From Squalus acanthias (Eukaryota), in NCBI GenBank assembly GCA_030390025.1, contig CM059431.1:149794001-149858000 (forward strand): a stretch of 64,000 nucleotides of DNA, in the 5' to 3' direction. The notes below the pieces were generated by a model. The model was given only the letters and a program-made list of their open reading frames with translations. It was not told the origin of the DNA and searched no databases. Positions 1 through 13,744 of this stretch are shown here, in pieces (the first letter of the stretch is position 1; each line of letters starts with the position of its first letter). The translations under genes were made by a program, and so were the position numbers.

Positions 1-632
1 TTTCCTGCGGCTCTCCATCTCTGGGTCTCTGGGATTCTCCCCACTGCTGGGACCCCGGAGTCTCCTGCGGGCTCTGCTGGACACTAAAATGTGTCTGACG
101 GTGAGAGCATTGAGCAGCAGAATCACAACAAATGAGACCCCTGGGGTGAGAATATAATGAAGGAACTCAATTGCTCCCCAGACCAGTGAAAACATAACAT
201 CTATTGTTACACCACAAAACCAGGGGAGGTTCGTTAGCGAATATTGATCTGTGAACATAAAATACCAGAACATGTTCTTTAAACCGCTCAGCACAGTCAC
301 TGTTCCCAGAACCACAGCCGCCGTTTTCTCGGTGCAATATTTAGTTTTCAGCTTCTGGCGGCAAATGGCCACAAATCGATCAAAGGTGAAAGTGACGGTG
401 AACCAGACAGAACAGTCTGTGGCTGCATAAAGCAGGACGGCGTGGATATTACACACGGGGATGGACTCCACGAAACGAAACTGTTCACTAAAAACAATCG
501 GAATCTGCCTCAATATCAGGTCCAGGATAACGACCAGTAGATCAGCCGCTGCCATGGCCACCAGGTAGCGAGAAACACATTTGGAGAGACCGCACTTTCC
601 CCGAGACAAGATTACAATCGTCACTAAGTTCA
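1..632 (-). CDS. GPR139/GPR142-like class A GPCR, exon 2 (runs off the left edge; open in the visible part)
   Basis: Acceptor ttccctt cctctcAG at 634-633, then phase-1 (V)NLVTIVILSRGKCGLSKCVSRYLVAMAAADLL...TVTFTFDRFVAIC...LTPGVSFVVILLLNALTVRHIL...EMESRRK with no stop down to base 1. TM2 AxADL and TM3 DRF motifs are present. Confidence 0.9.
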
Positions 633-2549
633 CTGAGAGGAAGGGAAATAAACAGGGAAATTATACATCAGGCTGCGAGCAAGAGCAGCAGTTTGATGGA
701 AATCGGGCTGAAATCTGCGAATCAATAGCGACATTCAATGATATAATCTAATTCTATTACCCTTAGAGCTGAATGCAGGGTTTCCTGTAAGAGTAATCGG
801 GAATACATTGTGGGATTAAGAAATGAAACGGGGATAAATACAACATGAAAGTATCAGATGTTTGATCAATGAGAGATTAAATGGTAGATCTATTTTTAGC
901 CCCGCAGACAAAAACATCGCCCGACGTACCAGGGACACAAAGGACCAGAACATCTCAGGAAGCCTACGTGTCCCGGGATCAGTCAGCATTTGGAGCGGTG
1001 TAATTCGCTTCAGTGCCCCTGTGTTCGGGAGGGGCAAATCCCGCTTGGATTCCTGCTCCTGGTTACATTATCCATTTTATTTAGAACTGAAAGTGAATGC
1101 AACGGTAAAATACAGAAACTGTAATCTTGGTATGCAATAATTACAGGCAATTGGATTTAAACTGTACGGCGGTAATATGCAAGTACTACGATAATAAATA
1201 AAAGTGCACTGCAGTTATAAAGATAACTGAGAATTAAGAAGTGTTTGAAGAGTGAGCTTTCCATAGTTTTGTTGAAATACTCAAATTGTGGCTCATTAAA
1301 AGGAAGATTTTCCAAATAAAATTGCTGAGAATGGAATCTGAATTAAAATACATAGTTATGATTGACCAGGTAATATCCCACTCATTGCATTTATTAGCTT
1401 CATGATTATGCGACTCATCCCACAGGCAGCGAGCCGCCGAACGCTTTCGTAAAGTATCTGAAAACAAATGGAAGTTAAATATCCTCGAACTTTTTCACCT
1501 GTTTGTTTTCAACTTATGAAAGGATTTTCTTATCCTCGGTACTTCAGTTACAATCAGATGGGATTGTTTATCCTGCAGTACAGCAGGAGGCAATAGAGAA
1601 TCACTCTGGGTCTCACTGAGAGATCCATTGAACCGTGACAGACGGGCACGGGATCCAATTGTAAATTCAAAACAAATATTGGAAATAAACGCATTGAAAT
1701 ATGGCTGACGGAACGTTTTTTGAGAATTTTAATTATCCTTGTAATCCTATTGTAACCATCAGAAACAGTTTCAATAATGCAGATCTGGAGTTGGTGGGAA
1801 AGGAGACACTGACTGGAACTGAATGATTTGCGGATATTTCAGACATTTAAAAATGTGTTTGTGATCTGCCAGGATTTGTTCCTGTGACACTGTGTCAGTA
1901 ACCATGCCGAGCATTCACTGAAAACAATATCAAATTACTGTGGATGCTGAAAATCTGAAATAAGAACAGGAAATGTTTTAAATACTCAGCAGGTCAGGCA
2001 GCATCTGTAGAGAGAGTGTGAGAGAGTTAACGTTTCAGGCCGATAATCATTCGCCATTAGTTAAAAAGTCTCCTCAAACAAGAAAACATTCCTCTGATCT
2101 GTTACAAATGTTCAGTGTAGATTGCAGAACGAAATTCGTTAAGCAAAGAGTCTCGTTTAATATCCTTTCTTGAGTTGAATATAGAACAATTAAATCTTGG
2201 TAACACTGTATCACCCTCAGAATCAAAAGCAGACAGCAGTGCGGATGGGATGGAGAATGACAAGGAGAGAAATACAGTTAAACATGATTTATAGAATTAA
2301 TAGCGGGATACAGATACTTACCAGGAACACCTACAGCAGCGAGGATGTGCCAGTCATTTTAAACAACAACTCTTGCATTAACAAAGATGCAGCAACTTGA
2401 AACACAGAATACAATTAATAACTGAGTATGCCACGGTAAATCGCATGAATAATATTACAGTATAAAATGGTTTATTGAATTAATCACTGGATATAGATAT
2501 TTAAAAGGAACACTGACAGTAGAAAAAAGGGGATAGTAAATGTTTTGTA

Positions 2550-3340
2550 TAACCTCCCTTCCCTTTCAGCATTCCGAAGGAACCGTACCCTCCACAACAC
2601 CCTGGTCCATTCCTCAATCACCCCAACAGCCCCTCCCCTCCCCACGGCACCTTCCCATGCAAGTGCAGGAGATGCAACACCTGCACTTTTAACTCCACCC
2701 TTCCCACTCTCCAGAGCCCCAAACACTCCTTACAGGTGAAACAGCGATTTACTTGTACTTCTTACAATTTAGTATACTGTATTTGCTGCTCACGATGCGG
2801 TCTCCTCTGCATTGCGGAGAACAAACGCAGATTGGGTGATTGCTTTGCGGAAGACTTCTGTTCAGTCCGTAAGTGTGACCCCGAGCTTCCGGTCCCCGTG
2901 ACTTTAATTCGCTGCTCTCCTCCAACTCTGACCTCTCTGTCCTCGGCTTCTAACAGTGTTCCATAGAAGCTCAATTTAACCGCGAGTAACAGCACTTTAT
3001 CTTTCTATTCGGCACTTTACAGCATTCTGGACTCAACATTGAGTTCCGCAATTTCGGACCATAACCTCTGCCCCTATTTTTTTCAGGCGGCAGCTATTGA
3101 TGTTTCTCCCATCCCCATTTGCAACATTTAAGCACTCCTGCCTTCCACCCTATCACAGACAATCCCTTTTGTTCTTTGCTCCACCCCTCCCCAATTTCCC
3201 TGCCTCTGCACCTGCTTAAAATCTGTTGCAGCTGTAAAATTTTTCAGTTCTGACGAAAGGTCACAGACCTGAAACGGTAACACTTGCTCTCTCCACGGAT
3301 GCTGCCTGACCTGCTGAGTGTTTTCAACATTTGCTCTTGT
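2550..3340 (+). mobile_element. Penelope-like element, 5'-truncated (degenerate GIY-YIG end plus 3' region)
   Basis: KQRFTCTSYNLVYCICCSRCGLLCIAENKRRLGD, near-identical to 3730-4163. Ends in the CTGACGA...GAAAC / gatgctgcctgacctgctgag terminus. Confidence 0.85.
3250..3282 (+). ncRNA. Minimal hammerhead ribozyme core in the Penelope 3' region
   Basis: CTGACGA-A-AGGTC-ACA-GACCT-GAAAC: conserved CUGANGA and GAAA boxes flanking a 5-bp stem II. Confidence 0.6.
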
Positions 3341-3469
3341 TATTCCAAAGTATTGTTATTCACTGCCACTGTTCAATAATACTTTCCATCGAGATCCTCG
3401 AACACACGACATCCCTTCTGTGAGAGGCTCGTGGGCTTTGTGCTGGAGGCAACGCGCTGATTGTGTGAG

Positions 3470-3577
3470 GTCACACAGTGAAGGGAGCTCCTTATTTAGA
3501 GCAGAGGGAAACCCCCGAGTGACATCATTAGGCCTCACTGTAACTGGCATTAATTACGTTCATGGAACAAACAGACT
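3470..3577 (-). promoter_or_regulatory. Putative GPCR promoter, copy A
   Basis: Colinear by eye with 24138-24244 and lies just upstream of an exon-1 ATG. Contains a TA-rich box (TAAATA), GGGAAACCCC and TAAT-core motifs. Confidence 0.5.
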
Positions 3578-3729
3578 CATTGATACATTTTCACCACAAC
3601 ACTTCACTACAACGCAATCTAGCTCACATTATTGTACACAGCTTGAAATAAAAAATGAGTGTATGCTCCATATTTCACTCTTCCTCAGTACAGGAATTTC
3701 ATTCCCAGGGCCGCCTAGATTACACTTTC

Positions 3730-4530
3730 CTTCCCCTTCACCCGGCACATTCCCGTGCAAGCGCAGGAGATGCAACACCTGCCCTTATACATCCCCCCTT
3801 CCCACTCTCCAGGGCCCCAAACACCCCTTCCAGGTGAAACAGCGATTTACTTGTACTTCTTGCAATCTAGTATACTGTATTCGCTGCTCACGATGTGGTC
3901 TCCTCTACATTGGGGAGACCAAACGCAGATTGGGTGACCGCTTTGCGGAACACCTCCGTTCAGTCCGGAAGGGTGACCCCGAGCTTCCGGTCGCTTGTCA
4001 TTTTAATTCACCCCTCCACGCTCACTCAGACTTCACCGTCCTCGGCCTCTTGCATTGTTCCACGGAAGCGCAGCGTAAGCTCCAGGAACAGCACCTCATC
4101 TTCCGTTTAGGCACTTTACAGCCTTCCGGACTCAATATCGAGTTCAACAATTTCAGATCATAACCCCGGCCCCTACCACATATGTATACATTGTATCCAC
4201 TCTTTTGGTCCATGCCTTTTTCTTTTTTTTCTCTCTCTCCCCCCACGGCAGCTGTCTCTGATTCTGCCAGCATTTCACACCTTACCTTTTGTTTCTCAAC
4301 CTGTCCCATTACCATCTCGTCTTGCCTTGAGCATCTCTCAATGTCTCTACTCACTAAAGACCATCCCTTTTGTTCTTTTATTCCTCCCCCTAGCCTCCCC
4401 CTTGCATTTTTATCTGTTTATTTCTTGCTCTCTCAGTTCCGACGGAGGGTTTCGACCTGAAACGTTAACTCTCGTTCTCTCTCCACGGATGTTGCCTGGC
4501 CTGCTGAGTTTTTCCAGCGTTTTCTGTTAT
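3730..4530 (+). mobile_element. Penelope-like element, 5'-truncated, GIY-YIG endonuclease C-terminus
   Basis: FPCKRRRCNTC...NLVYCIRCSRCGLLYIGETKRRLGDRFAEH...LQPSGLNIEF, stop at 4163. Degenerate hammerhead (CCGACGG...GAAACGTT) at about 4439-4470. Confidence 0.9.
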
Positions 4531-4531
4531 T

Positions 4532-4997
4532 TTAGATTACACTTTTCCCGGCTTAGTCCAGGAATTTAAATCGCAATGGCTCCTAGCTTACACTGCTCCC
4601 GCCTCAGTGCAGGAATGTAATTCGCAGGGCCGCAAAGATTACACTGCTCCCGCATCAGTCCAAGAATTGAATTCCTTGGGCCGCCTAGATTACACTGCTC
4701 CCACTTAAATCCTGGAAATTAATTCCCTGGTCCGGAAAAATTACACAGTTCCCTTCTCATACCAGGAACGTCATTCCCATGTACGCCTAGATAATACCAT
4801 TGTTCCCTCAGTCCAGGAACTTTATTCCCATGGCCGACTTCATAACACTGCTTCCACCTCAGTGAAGGAATTACATTCCCAGATCCGCCTAGATTAAACT
4901 GCTTCCGCCTCACTCCAGAAAGTTGATTCCTAGGTCCACCTAGATTGCACTGCTCCCGCCTCAGTCCTGGAATTTCATTCCCAGGGCTGCCATAGAT
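4532..4997. repeat. ~51-bp tandem minisatellite (one further unit at about 3680-3730, split off by the Penelope insertion)
   Basis: Repeats of ctagattacactgctcccgcctcagtccaggaatttaattcccagggccgc, about 9 units. Confidence 0.85.
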
Positions 4998-7900
4998 TCA
5001 TACAATCATAGAGTTATACAGCACAGAAAGAGGCCCTTCTGCCTATCGTGTCCGCGTCATCCAAAAAGCCCTGTCTATTCTAATCACATTTTCCAGCACT
5101 TGGTCCATTGCCTTGTATGCTGTGGCGTTTCAAGTGCTCATCTAAATGCTTCTTGAATATTGTGAGAGTTCCTGCATCTACCACGCTTTCAGGCAGTGAG
5201 TTCCAGATTCTAACCACCCTCTGGTGAAAACGTGTTTTCCTTCAATCCCCCCTAAACCTCCTGCCCCTTACCTTGAAACTATGCCCCATGTTTATTAACC
5301 TCACTAATAAGCGAAATGTTCCTTTCTATCTACCCTATCCAAGCACCTCATAATTTTGGACACCTGAAATCAGTTCCCCCCTGAGCCTTCCCTGCTCGAA
5401 GGAAAACAACCCCAGCCTGCCCAGTATCACTTCATAGCTGAAGTGCTCTAGCCCAGGTAACATTCTGGTGAATCTCCTCTGCACCCTTTCCAATGCAATC
5501 ACATCCTTCCTACAGTTAGGCAGCCAGAACTGCACACAGTGTTCCAGCTGTTGCCTAACCAGCGTTGTGTACACCTCCATCATAACATCCCTGCTCCTCT
5601 ATTCTATGGCTCGGCTAATGAAGGCCAGTATCCCTATGACTTTGTAACCACCTTATCTAGATGTCCTGCTGCCTTCTGGGATTTATGTACATGCACACCA
5701 AGGTCCTGCGTTCCTCTGTCCTTCCTAGAGCCCTACAATTCACTGTGTATTCCCTTGCCTTGTAACTCCTCCCAAAATGCATCACTTCACACTTTTCAGG
5801 GTTAAATTCCATTTGCCACTGTTCTGCACAGCTGACCAACCCGTCTTATTGTCCTGTAGCCTGAGGCTTCCCTCCTCGATATTTAAGACTCAACCAATGT
5901 TCTTGTCACCTGCGAAATTACTGATTAATGTACACTTCAAACAGAAAAGGACCCAGCACCGATCCCTGCGGTACACCACTGGACACAGGCCTCCAGTCAC
6001 AAAAACTACCTTCGATCATCACCCTCTGCATCCTGCCACTAAGCCAATTTTTAATCAAATGTGCAAAATTGCCCTGGATCCCATGGGCTCTTATCTTCTT
6101 GACCAGTCTTCCATGCGGGACGTTGTCAAAAGCCTTACTGAAGACAATGTAGACTTCATCAACTGCACTACCCTCATCTACACACCTAGTCAGCCCCTCG
6201 AAACATTCAATCAAATTGGGTAGACCTGATCTCCCCCTGAAAAAGCCATGCTGACTATTCTTGATTTATAGTTGCCTCTCCAAGTGGAGACTAATTCTGT
6301 CCCTCTAAATTTTTTCCAATGATTTGTCTACCACTCATGTGAGGCTCACTGGCCTGTAATTCCCTGTTTTATCCCTCCTACCTTTCTTGAACAATGGTAC
6401 GACGTTAGCTGTTCTCCAGTCCTCTGGCATCTCCCCTGAGGCCAGAGAGGTTCTGAAAATTTGTGTCAGATACCCCTGCAATCTCCTCCCTTGCCTTACA
6501 CAGCAGCCTGGGATACATCTCGTCTGGGTCTGGTGATTTATCCACTTTTAAGCCCGCTAAAACCGCCAGTACCTCCTCCCTCTCAATACAAATTTGTTCA
6601 AGTATATCACAATCCACCTGCTTGATTTCTATGCATGCATCGTCCTTCTCCATAGTGAACACAGACGCAAAATATTCATTTAAAACATCATCTGCATCTT
6701 CCTGCTCTACACAAAGATTGCCACGTTGGTCCCCAATACGCCCTACTCTTTCCCTGGTTATGCTCTTGCCCTTAATATACTTATAATACTCATTGGGATT
6801 TTCCTTAATTGTGCACGCCAGTGTTTTTTTATGCCCCCTCTTCGCTCTCCTAATATCTTTTTAAGTACCCCCCTGCACTTTCAATACTACTCTAGGGCTT
6901 CCAATGTTTTTAGTCCTTTGTATCTGCCAAAAGCCTTCCTTTTTTTTCTAATCCATTCTTGTATATCCCTTGACATCCAGGGTTCCCTGGGCTTGTCGGC
7001 TCAACCCTTGACCTCTACGGGAACATTTTGGCGTTGGTCTCTCTATATTTCCTTTCTGAAAGTCTCCCACTGCTCTGATGTGGATTTTCCTATAAGTAGC
7101 TGATCCCAGTCCACTTTGGACACATCCTGCCTTACCATGTTAAAATCGGCCATCCCCCAATTTAGAAGCTTTATTTCCGGTCCTTCTTTGTCCTTTTCCA
7201 ACACTACCTTAAATCTCACCGAATTATGGTCACTGTCACCAAAAAGCTCTCCTGCTGACACTTCCACCACTTGCCCGGCTACATTTCCAAGAATTAGGTC
7301 CAGTGCCGCCCCCTCTCTTGTAGGACTTTCTGCATACTGGCTCAAAAAGCTCTCCTGGATGCACTTTACGAATTCTGCATCCTCTCAGACGTTCACACAT
7401 TGGCTCTCCAAGTGAATATTGGGGAAGTTGAAATCCCCTACTATTATTACCCTATTATTTCTACACTTCTCTGAGGTTTGCCTACATATCTGTTCCTCTA
7501 TCTCCCCCTGACATTTTGGGGGCCTATATTACACTCCCAGCAAAGTACTTGCACCCTTTTTGTTTTTAAGTTCTACCATATGGGCTCATTAGAGGAACCT
7601 GCTAATATATCGTCCCTCCTTACAGCAGAAAATGAATCCTTGATTAATATTGCGAAACCCCCTCCTCTTTTCACCCACCTCTGTCTCGCCTGAAGGTTCT
7701 ATACCCCGGAATATTGAGGTGCTAGTCCTGCCCCTCCCTCAACCATGTCTCTGTGCTAGCAGAAATATCATACTCTCATGTGTTCGTCAACACCTTCAAT
7801 TCATCTGCCTTACTGGCAAGACTCCTTGCATTAAAATAAATGCGATCCAGCCTTACCATACTCCTTTGTGCCGTTACATATTTGCTCTGCATTCCAGGCT

Positions 7901-9565
7901 GACTTGTTTTTTCCTCTATATTTGGCTGTGCATCACCCCTTACTATAGCAGCACTCCGTATCCCATCCCCCTGCCAAGTTAGTTTAACGACCCACCCCCT
8001 CCCCCGCCACCGCGCAACAACACTAGCAGACCTCCCGCAAGGATGTTGGTCTCGTCCCGGTTCAGGTGCAACCCGTCCCAGAAGCAGACCCAGTGATCCA
8101 GGAAAATAAAGCCCTCCCTCCTGCACCAACTCTTTAGCCACGCATTCATTTGCGCTATCCTCCTATTCCTAAACTCACTAGCACATGGCACCAGGAGTAA
8201 TCCAGAGATTACAACCTTGGAGGTCCTGCTTTTTAATCTGTTACCTAGCTCCATAAATTCTTGTTACAGGACCTCATCACTCTTTCTACCCATGTCGGTA
8301 GTACCACGACCACAGACTGTTCGCCCTACCTCTTTAGAATGCCCTGTCTCCGTTCAGTAACATCCTTGTCCTTTCGAACCATGGAGTCACGACTGCAGCC
8401 ACATAAACGTCTATCTGTTCCCCTTACGATAGAATCCCTTATCACTGTTGCTCTCCCACTCTTTTCACTCCCATCCTGTGCAGCTGGTCCTCAAGTAGTG
8501 CCACAGACTTGGCTCTTGCTGCATTCCCTTGAAACCATCTCCCCCATCAGTATCCAGAATGGAAAATCTGTCGGAGAGGGAGATGGACCCAGTGGACTCC
8601 TGCACCACCTTCCTAGTACTTTTACTCAGTCCGGTGGTCATCCATTCCCTGTCTGCCTGTGCACTCTTTACCTGTGGTGTGACGACCTCGTTCAACGTGC
8701 TATCCACGAAGATCTCAGCTTATGGATGCTCCACAGTGATTTCAGCCGCAGCTCCAGCTCCGAAACGCGGATTTCCAATAGATGCAGCTGGAGACACTTC
8801 ATGCACATGTGTCCGCCCTGGACACCTAAAGTGTCCCTGACTTCCCACATAGCACAGGAGGAGCAATCCACTCAGCCGAGCTGCCCTGCCATGTCTTGCC
8901 ATACATTTATTCCCTTTACTTCCTTTAAATTAAAGAATGCTAAATGCACAAGGGACCTTACTTCCCTTTAAACCCAACTTACTCTAAACTAGGGAACTTA
9001 CTTTTACTTTAACGACTGGACTGTAGAAATACTCACCTGGTCCGACTTACCAATCAGCTCCTTCCCTGGTTGTGACGTCACTTTAGCGGTTTCGCAGTTG
9101 TTGTTTTTTGATTGCTCCCGCTCTCGGAATCTTTCCTTGATGTAAAGTAAGAACCAGTTCCTTCAGGTTGAAAAGTTCGGAAAAACAAAGGCGAAGCAGG
9201 GGAGCACCTCCTTCCACTCCGCACCTAACTCCGTGACTCACCCAACTCGCAGCCCTCTTTTTAAACCGCACTCAGTGCAAAATCACACTTCAAAGCCTGC
9301 TTTTATAGGCCCTGAATCAAAGGAGCTTGCTGGGTTCTGCTACAGGACAACCAGTTTATTCTAGTTTCCCTAACTAACTGCCTTCAGCTGCTCTGAATTG
9401 TATGCCTTGTATATCCCTTTATAACCCTGCTTAAAGCTGCGAAATTTAGATTTTAAACAGTATACAGTAACAGTAAATGTGAAACAAACAGAAGTTTGAT
9501 TTTAGCAAACAGTTCAGACTCGCTGACTCACCCAACTCGCAGCACTATGTTTAAACTACACTCAC
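4998..9565 (-). mobile_element. CR1 LINE, near full length, degenerate
   Basis: ORF1 Zn-finger/esterase fragments (about 7980-8900), APE endonuclease (YFNARS, GDSDHN) and RT ([17 protein letters not shown]). Microsatellite tail near 5000. Confidence 0.9.
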
Positions 9566-9915
9566 ATTCGTGAACCAGATGTGTTTTTATTACAACCCGG
9601 TAGTTTCAAGGTTACCATTCCTGACACTAGCTTTTTATTCCAGATTTGTTTAATTAATTGAATTTAAATTCCCGAGCTGGTGGGATTTGAACTACAGGAT
9701 ATTTCGTCCGGACATCTGGTTTACTACTTCAGCAACAAAACAACTTTGAAACCGTACCCTTCAAATATATCACCGTTCCTTCATCATCACTGGCTCAAAA
9801 GCCTGAAATTCCTTCCGTAACAGTATTGTGGGAGCACCTTCACCACACGGACTGCATCGGCTCAAGATGAAGACCCACCAATTTATCATGGGTAACTTGG
9901 GGTGGGCAAGTAATA

Positions 9916-12900
9916 AGAACATCAGAACATAAGAAATAGGAGCAGGAGTAGGCCAATCGGCCCCTCGAGCCTGCTCAACCATTCAATAAGATCATGGCTG
10001 ATCTAATCATAACTCAAATCTAAAGAACACAAGAAGTAGAAGCAGGACCCGGCCACTCAGCCCCTGGGCCCGCTCTGCCACCCACAGGGAGCTGACCGAT
10101 CCGAACTGAGCCTCATGTCCAATTTCCAGCCCGCTCAGCGTAACCCCTAATTCTCTTTACCTCTAGGAAACGATCTATTTCTGTTTTAAATTTATTTAAT
10201 GATGTAGCTTCCACAGGATCCTGGGGCAGCAAATTCCACAGACATACTACCCTCTGAGTGAAGAAGTTTCTCCTCATCTCAGTTTTGAAAGAGCAGCCCC
10301 TTATTCTAAGATTATGGCCCCTCGTTCTAGTTTCACCCATCCTTGTGAACATCCTTACCGCATCCACCCGATCAAGCCCCTTCACAATCTTATATTTTTC
10401 AATAAGATCGCCTCTCATTCTTCTGAACTCCAATGAGTAGAGTCCCAATCTACTCAACCTCTCCTCATATGTCCACCCCCTCATCCCCGGGATTAACCGA
10501 GTGAACCTTATTTCTCCTGCCTCGAGAGCAAGTATGTCTTTTCTTAAGTATGGAACCAAAACTGGATGCAGTATTCCAGGTGCGGTCTCACCAATACCTA
10601 ATATAACTGCAGCAATACCTCCCTGTTTTTATAATCTATCCCCCTAGCAATAAAAGCCAACATTCCGTTGGCCTTCTTGATCACCTGCTGCAGCTGCATA
10701 CTAACTTATTGATTTTCTTGCACTAGGACCCTCAGATCCCCTTGTACTGCAGTACTTTCCAGTTTCTCGCCATTAAGATAATAACTTGCTCTCTGATTTT
10801 TCCCTGCCAAAGTGCATAACCTCACATTTTCCAATATTGTATTGCATCTGCCAAATCTACGCACACTCACCCAGCCTGTCTATATCCCCTTGTAGGTTTT
10901 TTATGTCCTCCTCACTTTCTACTTTCCCTCCCATCTTTGTATCATCTGCAAACACTCGGTCGCCTCCTCCAAATCATTAATACAGATTGTAAAATGTTGG
11001 GGACCCAGCACCGACCCCTGCGGAACACCACTGGCTACTGATTGCCAGTCCGAGAATGAACCATTTATCCCAACTCTCTGCTTCCTTTTAGATAACCAAT
11101 CCTCCACCCATGCCAGAATTTTGCCCCCAATCCAGTGATTTTTTATCTTGAGAAATAATCTTTTATGTGGCACCTTGTCGAATGCCTTCTGGAAGTCTAA
11201 ATACACAACGTCCACTGTTTCTCCTTTATCCACCCTGTACGTTATGTCCTCAAAGAACTCAAGCAAATTTGTCACACCTGACTTCTCCTTGATAAAGCCA
11301 TGCTGACTTTGTCCTATTAAACTAAGTTTATCTAAATGTTCCGTTACTGTCTCCTTAATAATAGACTCCAAAATTTTAACCACCACAGATGTTAGGCTAA
11401 CTGGTCTATAATTTCCAGGCCTTCTGCCTACTACCCTTTTTAAATAAGCGGTGTTACATTAGCAGTTTTCCAATCTGCCGGGACCTTTGCTGAGTCGAGG
11501 GAATTTTTGAAAATTATTACCAAAGCATCCACAATCCCTACTGCCACTTCCCTCAAGACCCTAGGATGTAAGCCATCAGGTCCAGGGGATTTATCCGCCT
11601 TGAGTCCCATTATTTTACTGAGTACCAATTCCTTAGTGTTTTTAATCGTATTAAGCTCCTCCCCCCCAGAGCCCCCTGTTTGTCAAGTGTTGGGATATTC
11701 TTAGTGTCCTCTACCGTAAAGACTGAAACAAAATATTTGTTCTGCATTTTTACCATCTCCATGTTTCCCACCATTAATTTCCCGGTCTCATCCTCTAAGG
11801 GACCTCCGTTTGCCTTAACCACCCTTTTTCTTTTTTATATAACTATAGAAACTCTTGCTATCTGTTTTTATATTTTTTGCTAATTTATTTTCATAATCTA
11901 TCTTCCCTTTCTTAATCCATCCTTTAGTTAGTTTTTGCTCTCTTTTGAAGAATTACCAATCTTCTATCCTCCCACTAAGTTTAGCTGCATTATATGTTCT
12001 TCTTTTTTGTCGGATACTACCCTTAATATCTTTACTTAGCCACGGATGGCTGCCATTTCTTTGACACCCTTTTTTCCTCAGTGGAATATATATTTTTTGA
12101 AAGTTGTAAATTAACTCCTTAAATGAACACCACTGCTCATGTACCGTCTTACCCTTTAATCTATTTTCCCATTCCACTTTAATCAATTCCGCTCTCATAA
12201 CATCATAGACTCCTTTATTCAAGCTCAGTACGCTTGTTTCAGAACAAACCTTCTCACCCTCTAATTGGATATGTAATTCAACCATGTTATGGTCACTCAT
12301 TCCAAGGGGATCCTTAACTAGGACATTATTAATTAATCCTGACTCATTACACAGGACCAGGTCCAAAGTTGCTTGCCCCCTTGTAGGATCAGTTACATAC
12401 TGCTCAAGAAATCCATCCCTAATACACTCAATAAACTCTTCCTCAAGGCTGCCCTGCCCAATTTGGTTTGTCCAGTTAATATGATACTTAAAATCACGCA
12501 TAATTATAGCTGTTCACTTATTACATGCCCCAACTATTTCCTGATTAATATTTCGTCCAGCAGAGTTGCAACTATTAGGAGGCCTATATACTACTCCCAC
12601 TAGTGTTTTTTCCCCTTATTATTCCTTATCTCCACCCAAACTGTTTCATTTGCCTGATCTTTTGACCCAATACAATTTATCTGCATTACAGTGATTACTT
12701 CCTTTATTAACAAAGCCTCCCCACCTCCCCTTCCTTCCTGCCTGTCCTTCCTGAATGTTAAATACCCTGGCATATTTAGTTTCCAATACTTGTCACCCTG
12801 CAGTCATGTTTCTGTAATGGCCACAATATCATACCCATACGTAGTTATTTGTGCCGTAAACTCGTCCATTGTGTTAGGAATGCTACGTGCATTCAGATAA

Positions 12901-13497
12901 ATAACTTTCAAATATGTTTTGTGACACTTAGTTCCTGCTTTTTCCTTTTTTAACACTTTAACTTTTACTCCATACCTTCTGTCCCTTCCTGACGCACTTT
13001 CCTCTGTCTGCCTGCTCAGGTGCCCAACCCCCTGCCACTTCAGTTTAAACCCTCCCCAATAGCACTAGCTAACGCTCCCCCTAGGACAGCGGTAACGGCC
13101 CTGCCCAGGTGCAGACCGTCCGGTTTGTACTGGTCCCACCTCCCCCAGAACCGGTTCCAATGTCCCAGGAATTTGAATCCCTCCCCCTTGCAATATTCCT
13201 CTAGCCACGTATTCATTTGAAATATCCTCCTAATTCTACTCTGACTAGCACGTGCCTACTGGTAGCAATCCTCAGATTACTACCTTTGAGGTCCAATTTT
13301 TTAATTTACATCAAAACTCCCTATATTCTGCTTTTAGGACCTCATCTCCATTTTTACCTATATCGTTGGTGCCTATGTGCACCACGACAGCTGGCTGTTC
13401 GCCCTCCCCCTTCAAAATGTTCTGTCGCCGCTCCGAGACGTCCTTGACCCTTGCACCAAGGAGGCAACACACCATCCTTGAGTCTCGGTTGCGGCCT
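9916..13497 (-). mobile_element. CR1 LINE, 5'-truncated within the ORF1 esterase
   Basis: [43 protein letters not shown]; (ttcttatg)n-type tail at 9916-9940. It splits an older repeat module that is contiguous at about 36350-36990. Confidence 0.9.
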
Positions 13498-13744
13498 TAA
13501 CAGCGCCACCAATATTCTGAAAACAAATAAATATAAATAATGAAATGGGAATAAAATCAATGATTTGTAATTCATTCATTGAAACCAGACGAGACCTATG
13601 ATCCTTGCGGATGTCATGCTCTGCTACACAAATTGTCAAAGTAACTTGTCTCACCAATTCTATGGCTTTATGATTGATGCTGCTCACACTCTCCCAATTT
13701 CCCTATATTTTCGAAAGGTGTTTGCTAAATACCACATCATATCA

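Larger units (their letters stand above)
2503..3389 (-). pseudogene. Proximal GPR139-like exon 1, disrupted
   Basis: ATG at 3389 gives MESIIEQWQ*ITILWN. A Penelope fragment is inserted at about 2550-3340. The frame resumes as IQNIYYPFF.. with a frameshift and a dead donor (cct-tttaaat instead of CCTG|GTAAGT). A spare exon-end copy ILAAVGVPG|GTAAGT ends at 2322. Confidence 0.65.

Noticed and set aside
816..1140. ORFs shared with 34209-34545
   Set aside because: Intronic sequence shared through segmental duplication; stops and starts differ between the copies.
3318..4163. 281-aa ORF as a host gene with a GIY-YIG domain
   Set aside because: GTG start; the first half is antisense promoter and minisatellite sequence fused by chance to a truncated Penelope.
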